Of a stretch of DNA of 41,337 bases, positions 6,638 to 14,971 are shown in pieces. Both the position numbers and the translations under genes were made by a program. Origin of the DNA: a virus. How positions within the stretch are numbered: the stretch's first letter is position 1; each line of letters begins with the position of its first letter. Under the pieces are notes generated by a model that had not been told where the DNA came from, did not search any database, and saw nothing but the letters and a program-made list of their open reading frames with translations. Location of the stretch: positions 1 to 41,337 of the IMG/VR virus record IMGVR_UViG_3300038829_000038; one strand, written 5' to 3'.

Positions 6638-7021
6638 TCACTTCCCCTCCTTGTATTCGTCCGTCCCGTCCACAATGCAATGCGTGCTGGATTTCCATTC
6701 AATCGTGACGTTGCCGTAGGCCTCGATAACGCCCTCGTCCCAGAGCTTGGCGCCCTCGTCCCAGAGCTTGGCGCCCTCGTCCCAGAGCTTGGCGCCCTCG
6801 TCCCTGAGCTTGGCGCCCTCGTCCCAGAGCTTGGCGCCCTCGGCCCAGAGCTTGGCGCCCTCGTCCCAGAGCTTGGCGCCCTCGTCCCTGAGCTTGGCGC
6901 CCTCGTCCCAGAGCTTGGCGCCCTCGTCCCTGAGCTTGGCGCCCTCGTCCCTGAGCTTGGCGCCCTCGTCCCTGAGCTTTAAGTAGATACTCCACGCGAA
7001 CTGTATCGATATTGTTTTCAT
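6638..7021 (-). CDS. Heptad tandem-repeat protein (12 x KL[RW][DA]EGA)
   Basis: MKTISIQFAWSIYL, then 12 heptads, then VIEAYGNVTIEWKSSTHCIVDGTDEYKEGK. GAGAAGGAGAGATAATG gives a strong SD. Caveat: every frame is open across the repeat. Confidence 0.55.
   Translation of the reverse strand: MKTISIQFAWSIYLKLRDEGAKLRDEGAKLRDEGAKLWDEGAKLRDEGAKLWDEGAKLWAEGAKLWDEGAKLRDEGAKLWDEGAKLWDEGAKLWDEGVIEAYGNVTIEWKSSTHCIVDGTDEYKEGK
6728..6979. repeat. Tandem repeat, 12 x 21 bp (gcgccctcgtccc[a/t]gagcttg)
   Basis: Read directly. Units are near-perfect. The a/t position toggles Trp/Arg, and one unit carries cgg instead of cgt. Confidence 0.95.
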
Positions 7022-7026
7022 TATCT

Positions 7027-7064
7027 CTCCTTCTCGTCTTGGATTTTCGCATCAGCATAGAGGT
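7027..7064. repeat. 38-nt exact repeat, copy 2 (twin at 6110-6147)
   Basis: Same 38-mer as copy 1. Here it lies between the stop of the 7096..7308 gene and the start of the repeat gene. Confidence 0.9.
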
Positions 7065-7095
7065 ATTCGTTATCGTACCCATTGTTTGTTGCCCA

Positions 7096-7308
7096 TCACA
7101 CCTCCTCCTTCTTCGGCTCGAACTGCAACTTGGTCGCGGCGGTGTAGAACCCAATGTCATACCGATCTTGCTCGTACGCCTCACCGGAGAAGCGAATAGG
7201 CCCAGTCCAATGAGGAAAGGTCTTGCGATCCGTAAACCCCTGCCGTTCCGCCCTGGCCCCGCGCTCCTCACGGATCAACCATTCTAAATGCTCGTCATAT
7301 GTCACCAT
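7096..7308 (-). CDS. Hypothetical protein (70 aa), first gene of the leftward early block
   Basis: ATG 7308 is preceded by AAAGGGGGTGAcgat. A 313-bp non-coding region lies upstream. Confidence 0.6.
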   Translation of the reverse strand: MVTYDEHLEWLIREERGARAERQGFTDRKTFPHWTGPIRFSGEAYEQDRYDIGFYTAATKLQFEPKKEEV

Positions 7309-7621
7309 ATCGTCACCCCCTTTCTTTTGAAAGACCCAACTACTTCAAAATCTGCTCCAGTGCCCAATACTCCGGGTTGGTGAACCCCGCCACCACCTCC
7401 AATTTGTAATGCTAGGGCATACAGCAAGGTCGGTGCCAGAAATAACTGTGTGGTTTATCAAGATGTTAGGAATGGCGAGGCGCACTGACGGCGCGGCAGT
7501 GGGGCGCAATGGCGCCCCATGTGGCGGTTTAGTAGACAGGCTACCATGCTATGTGCGTGATATTGTGAGGGTATGGAGAGGCACGAGACGTGCTAGATGT
7601 AGAAGCAACAAGGAGGGCCTT

Positions 7622-7960
7622 ATGAAAACGCTCTTATTGAGTATCAGCCTGTTGCTCGTGACATCTTGCGCATGGGATCTTGATGGGCACCAGTACGCCG
7701 AATGGTATCAAACGCTCTCGCCATCACAGCAAGCCCAGGAAGATCAGCGGCGACATGAGCGGAGAATTGCCGCGATGCAGGCGTATGGCATGATGAATAT
7801 GGGGAGACTGGCAGCCCCGGCGTATACCCCACCGCTCTATACTGAACCTCGCTATAGAGCGCCTGTCGGGTCAGATCCGCTCCCGTCCTATGTGCCGCAG
7901 AGGTCACAGCGATGCACGAGTAACGTGGTCGGCAGTTACATCTACACGAACTGCTACTGA
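7622..7960 (+). CDS. Lipoprotein (112 aa), opposite-strand moron
   Basis: MKTLLLSISLLLVTSC is a signal peptide with lipobox VTS|C. AAGGAGGgcctt lies upstream of ATG 7622. The upstream part of the track ORF has no coding support. Confidence 0.7.
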   Translation: MKTLLLSISLLLVTSCAWDLDGHQYAEWYQTLSPSQQAQEDQRRHERRIAAMQAYGMMNMGRLAAPAYTPPLYTEPRYRAPVGSDPLPSYVPQRSQRCTSNVVGSYIYTNCY

Positions 7961-7964
7961 CCGC

Positions 7965-8192
7965 CTATTCAGCTGGCGGTAGGGTGCCCCGTATCAAATC
8001 GATCAGGGCACGCTTCTGCGGTATGGTCATGCCCGCGAGGCGTGACCCCCACACGCTATTAAACCGCTCCCTGAGCCATATCTCAATATAGTTAGCAAGC
8101 TGCCCATCTGGCAGGCCGTCGTATGTCACGCGCTCATCCGTGGTCAGTGCGAGAGTCAGGGATTGGTCAGGGTTGACAGTGATGGTCGCCAT
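7965..8192 (-). CDS. Hypothetical protein downstream of the tail fibre (75 aa)
   Basis: GGAGGAG lies upstream of ATG 8192. From position it could be a fibre chaperone, but there is no motif support. Confidence 0.55.
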   Translation of the reverse strand: MATITVNPDQSLTLALTTDERVTYDGLPDGQLANYIEIWLRERFNSVWGSRLAGMTIPQKRALIDLIRGTLPPAE

Positions 8193-8205
8193 CGGTACTC
8201 CTCCG

Positions 8206-9519
8206 TTAGAAGCGGATCATTTTCTGTTTGGCAATCCAGGGCTGTGTATTACTGTGAGCCCCGTTGCTGCCGCCGACGTTCAATGCGTTCGTCTGTTCGC
8301 CCTTGTCGCTGCCCGCCGCGCAGACCGCGCCTGCGACGTTCCGCACTGCCGTGTAGTTCACGCTGTTTGATGGTGTCTCTGAGAGTACTAGGGTGTGGGT
8401 TTGCGATCCTCCCGTCCCGCCAAGCGTATCGGCGTTGGCTCCACCTGTTGAGGCCGAGGTGATCCGATTGGCGGAGCCATCCACACATATGACAACGCGC
8501 CCTGGAGCATCGCCAACATTAAATGTTGTACTTCCGTCTCCCGCCCCGAACTGTGTGCCGATTTTCTGGAAGAGCCCCGAGAAATCGGTGCGACTGACCG
8601 CTTGCCCATTCTCCCAGAGATAGCCAGCTTGGAGCGTGGTGGAGTTCCACTCAATAGAGGTGCCCGTGATGTCCTTTGGCCCATTCAGCGAATAGAAGAT
8701 CCAATTGCCACTACCGAGCGATTGAAACTCGATAATCTCATTCGGGGATGTGCGGTAGTCACACCCCCATGGGCTAATCATGGACGTGGCGTGATGGGTC
8801 AAATTTAACCCGGTCCCGGTAAACCTCGCCCGGAATCGATATCCAGCCGAGGCCAGGCTGACGGCTGAGATGGTCGTCGCCCCTGTCACCTCAATGAAAT
8901 CTCCGTCCGCTGGAACGGTGAGGGTAGCCGATGCAGCAACGGTGGTGCATTGTCTCCCAGTCCATCCCCCCTCTTTCTGCATGTGAGCCGACAGCCGCCA
9001 GACGAGCGAAGCTTCCTGAATAAAAAAGAGCACATCGCCAGCCAGCACCTTGCGATTTCTCGAATCAGGGCAGATCAGTGACGCCGAATGGACCAACGTA
9101 AAATTCCCATCGGCCACCGCCCAATAGAAGAGCGCGGTACCTGAGAGGGTTTGGACGTTGGTGGAGCCGGTCCAGTGCGCCCATGTCGCATCCCCGATAG
9201 ACATATTGGAGGATGTCGGGACGGCTGCACCCGCCGAAAAGGCTTGCTGCGCGGGATCGATAATTTTCCAGTTATCCAGCGTAAGCAGTACTTGGCCGTC
9301 AGCCTTCTTGATGATGAGCTTGTAATTGCCATCGGCGAAGAAGTTAAAGATCCCGTTGGCGTCACTGATAAACGGCTGCGCGAGGGGCGTGGTTTGCGCC
9401 GCGTCCGACCATATATTCTTGAGTGTGCTGGTCCCGGCTTCATAGTGTTCGAGCTGGGCCGCTGGGCAGATCGCGCCTTGGTCGAAGAAGGGGCCGAGTT
9501 GGATACGTTGTGCTGTCAT
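8206..9519 (-). CDS. Tail fibre protein with a phage tail-collar domain
   Basis: YLWENGQAVSRTDFSGLFQKIGTQFGAGDGSTTFNVGDAPGRV ... GGSQTHTL ... GGSNGAHSNTQPW is the tail-collar signature. The N-terminus (EHYEAGTSTLKNIWSD..PFISDANGIFNFFADGNYKLII) is a typical fibre/spike N-domain. Confidence 0.85.
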   Translation of the reverse strand: MTAQRIQLGPFFDQGAICPAAQLEHYEAGTSTLKNIWSDAAQTTPLAQPFISDANGIFNFFADGNYKLIIKKADGQVLLTLDNWKIIDPAQQAFSAGAAVPTSSNMSIGDATWAHWTGSTNVQTLSGTALFYWAVADGNFTLVHSASLICPDSRNRKVLAGDVLFFIQEASLVWRLSAHMQKEGGWTGRQCTTVAASATLTVPADGDFIEVTGATTISAVSLASAGYRFRARFTGTGLNLTHHATSMISPWGCDYRTSPNEIIEFQSLGSGNWIFYSLNGPKDITGTSIEWNSTTLQAGYLWENGQAVSRTDFSGLFQKIGTQFGAGDGSTTFNVGDAPGRVVICVDGSANRITSASTGGANADTLGGTGGSQTHTLVLSETPSNSVNYTAVRNVAGAVCAAGSDKGEQTNALNVGGSNGAHSNTQPWIAKQKMIRF

Positions 9520-11325
9520 TTACTCCTCCGCATTGTCGAGCACAGTTTTCCCGGTCATGAGCGCACTGGCGCGCGCTGCTGATTTTGGGATAGTGACGGT
9601 GAACCGAGACGGTTGCTGTAGGAGCATTTCCTGATACTTCTCAGAGAGCAGATGTCGTCTTGCTGGATTGCGAAGCAACGGTAGGCCTGCGGCGGCTAAT
9701 CCGCTCACACTCCCAGAGGCCGACGCCCCGCTGAGCCCGAGCACTGCCGACATAGCGGCATCGGTTCCGCTCACACCAGGAGGGGGGATCATGGACGCGT
9801 CCCGCGTAACTCGCGGGAAGGCTTGCGCGAACTTCCCAATAGCGGCGAGTTCTCCTGTGAGTGGACGCCCTTGGTCAACCATTCGTCCGATGATCTGAGC
9901 CGAGATATTTCCATCCCCAAGATTCAGGGCACGCTCTACGTCATACGTTCTCGCAATGAGCTGGCGAGCATCCCGTAGTCGATCGATAAGCTCTGGCCGA
10001 CCGAGCCGAGTCACCGTCTCTTCGATCTCCGCTTCAAGCTCATGGGCTTTTGCCATAGCCGCCTTCCCGGCTTTCAATGACGAGGGGTCAGCGGAACGGT
10101 CGTAGTGCCGGTAGAAAGCCGTTGCGTCATTCCTCGCTTGCTTCAGCTCTTCCAGTGGAATACCGCCTCGCATCTCCTGCACATTGACCCGCATGCCTTG
10201 CAGTGGACCTGGCACGTCTTGACCGCGAGAGGTCACTTTTGCTCGCATGCCTTCAAGGGCCCCCTTCGTCCCTTCAGACGTTTTAACGGTTTTCATGCCG
10301 ATCAAATTCCCTACATCGTCTCGTATTTCTCGAACGGCTACGCCAGTTGTCGGAGGAGGGCCTTGCTGCTTCGTGACCTTCATTCCAGTAGCAGGACCGG
10401 GCAGCATGTCTTGTTTTCTCACAGACGACACTTTCAAGCCTTGCAGTTGTCCGCCAGGGATGAGTTTCGCCACATCCTGATATGGCGTGGCTGCTCGTTT
10501 CCGAACTTCCTCAATCACGCTCATGGAAAGAGGCGTATCATCAGGTAGCCCGAGCGAACGAGCCGCTAACCGATTAGTGACGCCTTGGTTTCGCAAAGAC
10601 GCTTCCTGCGCAATCGCGGCCTTTCCTGCAATCGTTTCGAGCTTGCTCGTTGGCTGTCTGACCTGAGACGGCTCTACAACGTAGCCATGCGTACGAGCCT
10701 CTTCCAGTGTCATTTTGGCAGTCTTGTTCAAGAGGATGTTCTTTCCTCCCCTAGAGACTGCATCCGCCGCCATCTTCGTCATAACAGGAGCGGCCATACC
10801 TACAACGCTGGCCAGCAAATCTGAGCCGGTCCATTCTTTCGTGCCTTGCGCCGCCGCCCCACTCGTAAACCCTAGCCCAGCCTGCTTGGCCATGCCCACC
10901 GCCCCGCCGCCTGGAATCACAGCCGATCCAATAGCGGATTGAATCGCCATATCCACAACCCGCTGTGGGCCGGTCTGCGGCTCATTCTCTGGTTTTACCG
11001 CCCCGATTGCCTTCATGAAATCCATTGGGCGGTTCTTATTGAATGCCGGGTGATCCGCCATCCCTTGCAGGAACTGCTTCATCTCAGGCAACGTATCGAG
11101 CCCTGGCAGCGAGGCGAGTCCGCGCAGTACCAGCCCGTTGATCGTATGTGGCGTATTGAGAAGATTGGCCACGCCTTTCGGGACTGCATTCATGGCCACG
11201 GCGCCAATGGACGGCTCTGGGGTGGCCTGGACCTGCGATTCTGCGCTCTGGCTATCAGGCGCCGCTTGGTCCCACTCGTCCGCAAGGTCCGGCGTGGCCC
11301 CGTCCCAATCTTCTTGAAGGCCCAT
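9520..11325 (-). CDS. Large virion protein (601 aa), possible internal/ejection protein
   Basis: Long ORF coupled by TAATG to the upstream gene. It lies between the tail hub genes and the fibre, as in T7-like gp14-16. No catalytic motif recognised. Confidence 0.55.
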   Translation of the reverse strand: MGLQEDWDGATPDLADEWDQAAPDSQSAESQVQATPEPSIGAVAMNAVPKGVANLLNTPHTINGLVLRGLASLPGLDTLPEMKQFLQGMADHPAFNKNRPMDFMKAIGAVKPENEPQTGPQRVVDMAIQSAIGSAVIPGGGAVGMAKQAGLGFTSGAAAQGTKEWTGSDLLASVVGMAAPVMTKMAADAVSRGGKNILLNKTAKMTLEEARTHGYVVEPSQVRQPTSKLETIAGKAAIAQEASLRNQGVTNRLAARSLGLPDDTPLSMSVIEEVRKRAATPYQDVAKLIPGGQLQGLKVSSVRKQDMLPGPATGMKVTKQQGPPPTTGVAVREIRDDVGNLIGMKTVKTSEGTKGALEGMRAKVTSRGQDVPGPLQGMRVNVQEMRGGIPLEELKQARNDATAFYRHYDRSADPSSLKAGKAAMAKAHELEAEIEETVTRLGRPELIDRLRDARQLIARTYDVERALNLGDGNISAQIIGRMVDQGRPLTGELAAIGKFAQAFPRVTRDASMIPPPGVSGTDAAMSAVLGLSGASASGSVSGLAAAGLPLLRNPARRHLLSEKYQEMLLQQPSRFTVTIPKSAARASALMTGKTVLDNAEE

Positions 11326-13250
11326 TATTTAATCTCCACGATTTTACCGTCTGCTGTTTTCCCGAGCTTGCGCCCATCCTTTGTGGTGCGGGTTTCGATG
11401 AACTGTTGCGCTTGAGGCTGGGCCGCCTTACCTTGCTGTGTCGCCTTGCTTTGAAAGAGCGTGTTGGCCTTAGAATGCTCGTCCAGCCTATCAAAGAATC
11501 CCTCGTCAAGCTGCCCATGCTTCTTCCGGTACTCCCGCGCCATCTTCGCGACGTCCTGGTCTCGCTTCCCGAGCTTGCGAGCAGTCTCAATGATGAGCCT
11601 GTTGCCCTCTGCCGTTTTCGCAAGGTCAGGGGTCATGCTCTGTAGGAAGGCGAGATCCTTATCCGACAGCGCCCCTGGCATCCCTGCCCCGCCGGCCGGA
11701 CTACGAAGCGACAGCGCGATTTCGCCAGATAACGCCTGGAAGGCCTGTTTCGACGGAAGCGACTTGTCCACAGAGAACCCCAGCGATTCCGCCACCGCCT
11801 GCACGACCGTCTTGGCTGGTTCCAGCTTGCCCGTTTGCATGCCGGTTAGGAGCTGATCCATCCTGTCATACTTGGCGATCTTCGATCGGCTATCCATGTC
11901 GGCCTTTTGCAAGGCGATGTACTGCCCGCCAAACCCCTCACCGACCGTCTTGGCTTCAGCCTTCTCTTGCGTTTGAATGTTCTTCACTTCCACTAGCGGC
12001 TTATGCGTCTTCAGGTCCTTGGCCCCGTATGGCACATTCGGGTACTTCTCCGACACAGATTTCCCGGCCAGTACCGCCGCATCGTCCTCCCCGTGGCCTT
12101 CCTTGATCTTTTGGTGGAAGACTTCAAAAGCATGGTCGGACGCCAGCTTCTCCTGTTGCCCCGCGTCAAATTTATGCTGAAGCAACCCCATGCGTTCGTT
12201 TTGTATCCCCGTCATGGTCTTCCCGGCCACGTCAGAGACGATCCGAATATCTTGTTGCGCCTTGAGCATCGCGGTATGCTTGGCCTTATTGAACGGGTCG
12301 CGCATCCAGGCGTGCTGGATAGTGCGGGCCTTGCGAACAACCTCCAACCCAGCGATTTCCTCGCCCAGTTCAACAGGGGCCACGCCATCCCGCTCAATCG
12401 CCTCGTTCTTGGCTTGCATGCGTGCATCGATTTCCTGATCGAGCGCGGCCAGGGCACGAGGCCGAACATCTTCTCCAAGGGCCTGCTCAAATTCAGGGCC
12501 CACCGCGCCGATCTTTTCTAGGTGCGGCTGCATGGCCTGCGTGAATTCTTTCTCAAATTGCGGGTTTGCTTTCAGGTAGACCTGTCGAGCTTGTTCGCTC
12601 AGGCCGAACATCTTATTTGCGTGCTCTTTGAATTTCGGATGGTCTACAAGTGAGATGGTTTGTGCGAGGGACCCCATATGTTCACTAAAGAGCCCTTGCT
12701 GCAACGCCAATCGACTCGATTTCTGCGCCATGGCATGCAATTTCGCTTTATGGAGATCCAGCTTGGCGAGGAGTTCTTCATTCTGTACGCTCAGCTCGTT
12801 GCTCTGCTTAATCGTGGTTAAGAGCTTATGGCCAAAATCAGGGGACCCGATTGCTAACTGATGAAACGCCTCCTGCTTTTCCTCTGGGGTGCCGCCTCCA
12901 CGCATGAGCTTCACATTGCGTGTGAACGCATCCATGTTCCCTAGCACTTCTTCCTCTGACGGCACGGGGAAGTCTACGCCGAGCCCATCCTTGAGCATTT
13001 TCGCTTGGAGAAAGCGGAGCTTGGCTTGCTGTTGCGGGGTCGAAAAGGCTGGCGTGCCCGCGAGCTTATCGACTTCATCGAAGGCCCGATACACGGTTGC
13101 ATGCTGCGCCTGCTGGGTTGCGAGCGCGAGCCGCCCTTGCTCATTTTGCAACTGCCCTTCGTCGATGTCGTTCCGACGACGAGTTTCCTCTAAATTCTTG
13201 AATCCAAGCGCCAAGCGCCCAATCCCGTCAAAGTCAAGTAAGCTCGCCAT
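11325..13250 (-). CDS. Large coiled-coil virion protein (641 aa), possible internal/ejection protein
   Basis: Long ORF with GGAGGAG upstream of ATG 13250. Helical and K/E/Q-rich. Confidence 0.55.
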   Translation of the reverse strand: MASLLDFDGIGRLALGFKNLEETRRRNDIDEGQLQNEQGRLALATQQAQHATVYRAFDEVDKLAGTPAFSTPQQQAKLRFLQAKMLKDGLGVDFPVPSEEEVLGNMDAFTRNVKLMRGGGTPEEKQEAFHQLAIGSPDFGHKLLTTIKQSNELSVQNEELLAKLDLHKAKLHAMAQKSSRLALQQGLFSEHMGSLAQTISLVDHPKFKEHANKMFGLSEQARQVYLKANPQFEKEFTQAMQPHLEKIGAVGPEFEQALGEDVRPRALAALDQEIDARMQAKNEAIERDGVAPVELGEEIAGLEVVRKARTIQHAWMRDPFNKAKHTAMLKAQQDIRIVSDVAGKTMTGIQNERMGLLQHKFDAGQQEKLASDHAFEVFHQKIKEGHGEDDAAVLAGKSVSEKYPNVPYGAKDLKTHKPLVEVKNIQTQEKAEAKTVGEGFGGQYIALQKADMDSRSKIAKYDRMDQLLTGMQTGKLEPAKTVVQAVAESLGFSVDKSLPSKQAFQALSGEIALSLRSPAGGAGMPGALSDKDLAFLQSMTPDLAKTAEGNRLIIETARKLGKRDQDVAKMAREYRKKHGQLDEGFFDRLDEHSKANTLFQSKATQQGKAAQPQAQQFIETRTTKDGRKLGKTADGKIVEIK

Positions 13251-13272
13251 AACGCTCCTCCTGCCGGCGCGA

Positions 13273-14064
13273 TCACGTCATGCCAAAATCAAACATCGGG
13301 ACGTTGCCAGTTTTTGATGACCCTGCTCCACCCTTCCCGCCCATGCCGCCCATCATCGAGTTGAACATCCCCATCTGTCCAAACCCCAACGCGGTATCCC
13401 CGGCGGTATTCATCATGCCACCATACGTCGATCCCATAATCTGCCCGGCCCGCGCATTGGCTCCCGCTGCCCCCATCGACGCATCCAGATACATATTGGC
13501 CTTGTTCATACCAGCATTGAAAATGTTCCCCCCCATAAACTGGCCTGTGTTATTGGTCCCTGCCGCCATGCTCGTGGCCGCGCCTTGGCCCAGCTGTGTC
13601 ATATTGAACAGTCGATCTGTAAACCGTTGGCCCTCTTCTGCGACGAGCTGATTGTTAAAGCGAGCCAGCGTTTCTAGGCCAGCCCCTGACCCGTAGAGCC
13701 CCCTTGCCGAGAGTTCCCGGTTGATATTGCGCGAGCCCTGCTCTGACTGGAACTTAAACAACGAACTCTCCTTGAGGACGTCATCTACATTGCGCCCACC
13801 AAACAGCATACTTGCCAAGGTGTCCCCGGCCTGCACCCCATACCCACGGAACGGCGCAAGGTCGCCACGCGCCCGCTCGTTCATGTCGAACGCGGTTTTA
13901 TTGGCGTCTCTCGTGGCGCTGTCGATATACTGGCCACTCCGCTCCATGGCGTTCATGATATTGGTGGCCCGTTTCTTTTCAGAATTGGCCGCCATTGAGC
14001 CACTGAGGTAGTCACCGCCCATCTTCAAGGCCACGCCACCGACCGCTACAGCTACAAAGCTCAT
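13273..14064 (-). CDS. Gly/Met/Asn-rich virion protein (263 aa), possible internal protein
   Basis: Hydrophobic N-terminus MSFVAVAVGGVALKMGG and a low-complexity GMN-rich C-terminus. ATGA coupling at 14061-14064. Confidence 0.55.
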   Translation of the reverse strand: MSFVAVAVGGVALKMGGDYLSGSMAANSEKKRATNIMNAMERSGQYIDSATRDANKTAFDMNERARGDLAPFRGYGVQAGDTLASMLFGGRNVDDVLKESSLFKFQSEQGSRNINRELSARGLYGSGAGLETLARFNNQLVAEEGQRFTDRLFNMTQLGQGAATSMAAGTNNTGQFMGGNIFNAGMNKANMYLDASMGAAGANARAGQIMGSTYGGMMNTAGDTALGFGQMGMFNSMMGGMGGKGGAGSSKTGNVPMFDFGMT

Positions 14065-14624
14065 GGTGCGATCTCCTCCCGTATCTGCTGCATGATTTGC
14101 AGGACGCCCGTGTCCTGCATCGCATCCAGTGATGCGTAATCTTTGGCGATAATGTCGTCCTCAATCTCCTCGATGTCTGTTTTTTCGGTCACATGCACTG
14201 TTGTCCAGATCGTATCCGTGCAGGTATAGACCACACGTTTCGTCCCAGACTTCGACACCATCACGCGCGGCGCTTCGTAGGTCACTGGCCCTTCCTCCGT
14301 CGCCACCAGCACTCGCCCCACCATCAGCATATTCAAATGGGCATGCTTATGGATCTTCCCCACCACCAGCGTATCCTTTGGAATAAAGATGGTCCTAGCA
14401 TACGCCCCTGGCGCAAAGGTATGAGTCAGTGGGCACTCAGGATCAGGGATGCCATGCGCTTGCTTAAATGTACGGATATTGTCTTCAAGCTGAACGATGG
14501 TGTGCCTGATCTGTTCATCCTTTGTGATTGCACCGCCCGCCCTCACCAGCGCCGCTTCAATGCGTTGTTTCTCTTCGTCTTCACACGCCAGCACGTCAGT
14601 GGCTTGCAGAAGCTCTGCCTTCAT
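14061..14624 (-). CDS. Hypothetical protein, cupin-like beta-barrel pattern (187 aa)
   Basis: HTFAPGAYARTIFIPKDTLVVGKIHKHAHLNMLMVGRV is cupin-like. ATGA coupling at both ends. Confidence 0.5.
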   Translation of the reverse strand: MKAELLQATDVLACEDEEKQRIEAALVRAGGAITKDEQIRHTIVQLEDNIRTFKQAHGIPDPECPLTHTFAPGAYARTIFIPKDTLVVGKIHKHAHLNMLMVGRVLVATEEGPVTYEAPRVMVSKSGTKRVVYTCTDTIWTTVHVTEKTDIEEIEDDIIAKDYASLDAMQDTGVLQIMQQIREEIAP

Positions 14625-14971
14625 GGATGCACCCTCGCGCTATAGGTTCCTGCCCCAAGATCGATTGGTGCGCCAGTTGTATTGTACACGGCGACCGTTA
14701 CGGTATTGTCCGCGCTGACCCATGCCGTCACCTGCAACCCGCTATTCCACCCACCAGGAAGGCCATACTCGACAGTTTGCCCCTCATCCGCCAGTGCGCC
14801 AGCGACCGTGATCGTAAAGGTTGCAGTCGCACCCGCGTTGATACTGGGGAGATCCACCGTCTTTTTGTTCGCCATCCTGAGTTGGTCATACACATCCGCG
14901 TCAAAATACTCCCGTGCTCGCGGGTCTTGATGGTCGGCGGGACTCGGTGGTTTACGGACTTGCTTAGCCAT
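14621..14971 (-). CDS. Hypothetical structural protein (116 aa, Ig-like beta-rich)
   Basis: ORF coupled by TAATG at 14969-14973. No motif recognised. Confidence 0.55.
   Translation of the reverse strand: MAKQVRKPPSPADHQDPRAREYFDADVYDQLRMANKKTVDLPSINAGATATFTITVAGALADEGQTVEYGLPGGWNSGLQVTAWVSADNTVTVAVYNTTGAPIDLGAGTYSARVHP

Noticed and set aside
7096-7098. Possibility that TGA is recoded (alternative genetic code) because an in-frame extension follows the TGA at 7096-7098
   Set aside because: TGA is used as the terminal codon of many well-defined genes here, including numerous ATGA overlaps. Genome-wide recoding is therefore not supported. Only local read-through or a recombination scar remains possible.
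5190-7271. Long alternative-frame and antisense ORFs across the two repeat regions (5190..5864, 5408..5932, 6680..6982, 6699..7271, 6747..6986)
   Set aside because: Tandem repeats without stop codons keep all frames open. These ORFs have low-complexity translations and no SD or coupling, and they overlap better-supported genes.
8721-8728. Other ATTGAAAC/ATTGAAAT words (8721-8728 inside the tail-fibre gene; 38696-38703) that might have been further CRISPR-repeat copies
   Set aside because: An 8-mer is expected about once by chance in 2 x 41 kb. Neither site has the adjacent GC hairpin or the GTAGCGCCC start, and the first is inside a well-supported CDS. The repeat-like unit at 41159-41195 is therefore solitary.
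8206-9519. Diversity-generating retroelement targeting the fibre or adhesin genes
   Set aside because: No reverse transcriptase ORF is present, and I noticed no template/variable repeat pair with adenine-specific mismatches.
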